A DNA stretch of 63,186 bases, filler included, from Globobulimina sp. (lineage: Eukaryota), in the NCBI GenBank assembly GCA_003354225.1. It is 10 parts of 10 records of this genome, joined end to end, with 100 filler letters (N's around TTAATTAATTAA, not from the genome) between each part and the next. Parts side by side here need not be neighbours in the genome. Positions count along the whole stretch, not along the records: positions 56,981 to 63,186 come from PIVH01000340.1; 9 more parts are not named here. The stretch is one strand, 5' to 3'. Positions 59,405 to 63,186 of this stretch are shown here, piece by piece; position 1 is the stretch's first letter; every line of letters starts with the position of its first letter. Position numbers and translations under genes: made by a program. Under the pieces are notes generated by a model. The model saw nothing but the letters and a program-made list of their open reading frames with translations, was not told the origin of the DNA and did no database searches.

Positions 59405-62400
59405 ATGGAAGCGTTAGATTTTTTTACCAATCAATTTGGATTTTTAACGCCATTGTTATTGCCTTGGTTGCAAAAACTATGTCGTGATTCAGCAGAAGAA
59501 CAATTGCGTGTATTATTTGAAACCGAACTCGCGACACCATTACAATTGCTGTCATGCAGTAATTTTTCATATCGGTACATTCGTTTGAACATAATACCGC
59601 GTTTAATCTCATTCATCGAAAGCATTGAGATAGGCTCAGATATATATTTTCGTAATAAGTTATATAAATTTTTTTATATTCAAATCCAAGAAGAAGAAGA
59701 CGCAGAAAAGAAAGAAAAAGACATTGCGTTAGGAACTAAGTTACAGAGCAATAAAATCGACAGAAATGAACTAAATAACATCGAATTAAATGGTCGCATA
59801 TTTGAACTATTATTAAATGACATTTTAACAGATTTATTCTTCAACTTCAACGCATACAATATTTTACCCATTGAGCGGATGCAGATAATCCAATACATTC
59901 GGTGTCTAATCTATGAATGCGAGAAAAATATAAAACAAAACAAATCTGAAATAAACCTACAAAAATATTCTGGCTTAATTTGTTGCAATTTACTATCCAT
60001 TTTGAACGACGAATATGCGGCAGAATGTGTCTGCGATTCGGAGGACACAAACTTGTCAAACTTCAAAGTGTTCACAGACATAATCAACGAAAACAACGTC
60101 CAATTTCCCATTCTCAAAAACGAAAAGGAAAACATCGAAATCCATAATGAAAAATTACAACGAAAACTGAAACAACAACAACAAAATATGGCCAACAACA
60201 ACACCGGTCCATCCATGCAATCCATGCATACGCCGTATTTATCACATAACCAAAATTCAGCCGAAGCAATGCGTCAAATCCCACACACTCCGCACATTTC
60301 GGGGATGTACAACGACCAACTTAACGACTGGAAAATAGATGGCGTCGACCCCGAGAATGACATGAATCAGAAACAGATACTACGGGGACAAATGTACAAA
60401 ATTGATATGATCCAAGAAGACCACGAAGAGGATACTATCGACAGCCAGTTGAAATTAAAAGTATCAACCCCCAGACGGCAAACTGTCTCATTTGCGCCGA
60501 CCATCAACACCGCCAACAGTCAGCCTCCACCACCGCCGCCACCGCCTCATTTAGGCACTAAAAAGTCGCAGAGCGTGGATATAAACAACACAGTAAACAC
60601 ACCGCAATTATTCAGCCAAGTGCCGCCACCTCGCTCTGCTCAGTCCGCAGCATACAACAATAATAACTTTCCGTATTCAAATAATAGCAATGCTGCAGCT
60701 GAGGTACGCCCATTAAAACGGCAAAACTCACATCCTCATCCTGCACAGCAGCAATCTGTGGAACGCATCCATTTGCCGCCGGCACCGCCGCCACCCATTG
60801 AAATAGGCACACAACAGAAGTCATTGCCGATTACAATGCATAAAAACTATAACAGCACGCAATCATACGACAGCACCAAAAACGTAAACATCGACACGCC
60901 GCTTATTAATGTAACTACGCCGTACGGATATAACTTTAATCAGAGCACTCGTATCCAGCCCCCAGCGATTACCACCTTCGAAACGCCCAATGAATTGGCC
61001 ACTGGCTTGACGAAGACGCAGTTCTTCGCCAAATACCTGATCGACTCTAAAATCATTGGCCAGGGCTCTTTTGCAGTGGTACGGCGATGCAAACGCGTCA
61101 CTGACGAACGTATATTGGCGATGAAGATTATAAAGAAAAAGAACATCGACGAGGATGCCGATATGGAACTAATCCGTCGAGAGATTACCATTTTGATCGA
61201 GTTGGACCATCCGAACGTGATCCGGGTGTATGATTGGTGTGAGACCAATTCGCGTCTGTTTATTGTGTTGGATTATTGCGGCGGCGGCAATGTCTTGGAT
61301 CGCATTATCAAAAAAGGCAGTTTTAGCGAGTTTGAAACGGCGCAATTAATTCGAGAGTTAGCTATTACCATTCAATACTATCACAGCAAAGGAGTGGTTC
61401 ATCGGGATTTAAAAGTAAGTATACAGCCATTTCATTTGTTTTCTGCATGTTTTTCAAATTAAAAACAGATTGAATCACTTTAAACAGCCCGAAAACATCA
61501 TGTATTTGGACGATAATTACTCACAAATGAAACTCATCGACTTTGGTATGGCGAATACATTGAAAAATGTAAAGGGTCGCGAGCTAACCACGGCGTGTGG
61601 CAGTCCGCTCTACGCTGCGCCGGAGATCTTAAACAATGAGAAATATGGCACTGCGGTGGACGTCTGGAGTATGGGCGTGATTACATATTTATTATTGTGT
61701 GGCTTCCCGCCTTTCTTTGACACGCAAAATATAAAAAACGTCTACGCTTTGATTCGCAAAGCCAAGTTTTCTTTTCCTTCGCCATTCTGGGACCCGATTA
61801 GTGAGAATGCCAAGGATTTCATTGTCATGTGTCTGGAGTTGGATGTAGATAAACGATACACTGCGCAGAATGTGCTGAACCATGCGTGGATTGGCGGGAG
61901 TAACAAAGAGGACGATTTCTTGTATGATGACACTGAAACGGATACGAACGCGTTGCCTGACTTTGATGACAGTTCCAGCACAGATGACGACTTTGCCATT
62001 GATGAGGACGACGATGACATAAATTACGACCTGATCTTAGCGAAGGATAATGATATGATCGCGGATTTTAATGTGAACCCATTGCACGCCGTGAAAACCC
62101 CCAGAAAGAAGCAGCGAGTCAGCAATATCAGCACTGGTATCGGTGATGGTGGTGCCGGCGACATTGATTATGGCAAATTTAAGTTAAAACGTGCGCCGAC
62201 TGAGCCAGTCTTGAAGCATTTGAAGAGAACCAGTTTAGAGCCGGTATTAAAAGGGAAATACACCGGTCATGGCAGGAAAAGCAGTCTGTTGTACATGAAC
62301 CAAGGGACTATCTTCAGTGCACAACGCGATCACTTACAAAAACAAAAAACATTAATCGAGCAAGAACGGGAAGAGCTGACCGCTGAAACGAAGAAATTGG

Positions 62401-63186
62401 AACAGCAACGACAGGATTTATTGCAGCTATTGGATGAACACAATGAGTTTAAAAAAACAATGACTACATTCGAGCAACAAAAGGCTATATTTACACAGGA
62501 AAAGAACAAATGGTTAGCTGTGAAGGGGTCGGTGGAAGAAGAAAAGAAAAGATTGCAAACGTTGCAGCTATCCATGACAGAGCGGTACGAGGCAGAATTC
62601 GATAAGTTTGTGAATGAAACGCAAGAGCAACGGTTGCAACTTCAGGAAGAATATAAAAAGCTAAATGACGAACGCTTGGAATTTAAGCAGAAAAACGGCG
62701 AATTAGCTCAAGAGTTAGAAACGTTGCACGCGGAACGAGTGCAATTCGAAACGGACAGAAACAATTCGCTACCGACAGATATTCAGAAACTGCGGCAAGA
62801 TTTGGAAGGGGAATGGCTGAAAATCGCGTCGACCCAAAAACAGCACGAATCCGAGGCGAAGTCGCATGCGCAGACTAGCGTGAAATTGAAAAAAATGATG
62901 AATACTATGAGCAGAAAAGAACGTGAGATCGAGCAGGACCATAAGGAGCTGTTGGAGATCAAACAAAAGATCTTTGATTTGCAGGAGGAGAAAAAAGCAG
63001 AGCTGGAATTGGTGAAAAGCGATAAGTTCCATACTGTGCAAAAAGCGCAGATTATACAACAGCAGCGGGAGATGGACAAATTGCGGAGCGAGTTGGAAGC
63101 GGAGAAGGCGGAGTTTTATGCCGAGAACGTAGGGGATGAAGGCGATTGGAAGCAGAAATACTTTGTATGGTGCCCAAGTGAGTAGG
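59405..63186 (+). CDS. CaMK1-like Ser/Thr kinase with long N-terminus and C-terminal coiled coil, 3' truncated (intron 61415-61487)
   Basis: IGQGSFAVV, AMK, HRDLK/PEN, DFG, CGSPLYAAPE, DVWSMG, LLCGFPPF. Confidence 0.92.

Overview
This window is not one locus. It is ten unrelated ~6.2-kb contigs in decreasing length order, joined by artificial 100-nt spacers (N44-TTAATTAATTAA-N44), so adjacency across spacers means nothing. Most contigs look like an AT-rich protist nuclear genome with 53-82-nt introns; a foraminiferan/rhizarian source is my inference. These contigs carry kinases, an NRT2 nitrate transporter, CFAP251, PTC7, a tyrosinase-sulfatase fusion, GH16, GT61, ABHD14-like and several 7TM-like genes. 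Three contigs are mobile elements. (1) 6344-12584 is a Maverick/Polinton virion module whose integrase, penton, major capsid, ATPase and Zn-finger genes are split by 16 spliceosomal introns of 44-52 nt and are intact after splicing. (2) 38020-44245 is a complete cyclic 6107-bp Penelope-like retroelement with an N-terminal GIY-YIG domain, an extra spliced L1-ORF1p-like gene and covarying hairpin arrays. Inside its putative intron lies a hammerhead ribozyme whose three strands are in a non-circularly permuted (pseudoknotted) order; this is the top finding. (3) 50666-56880 is an APE-RT-RNase H non-LTR retrotransposon. All family calls come from motif recognition by eye; no searches were run.
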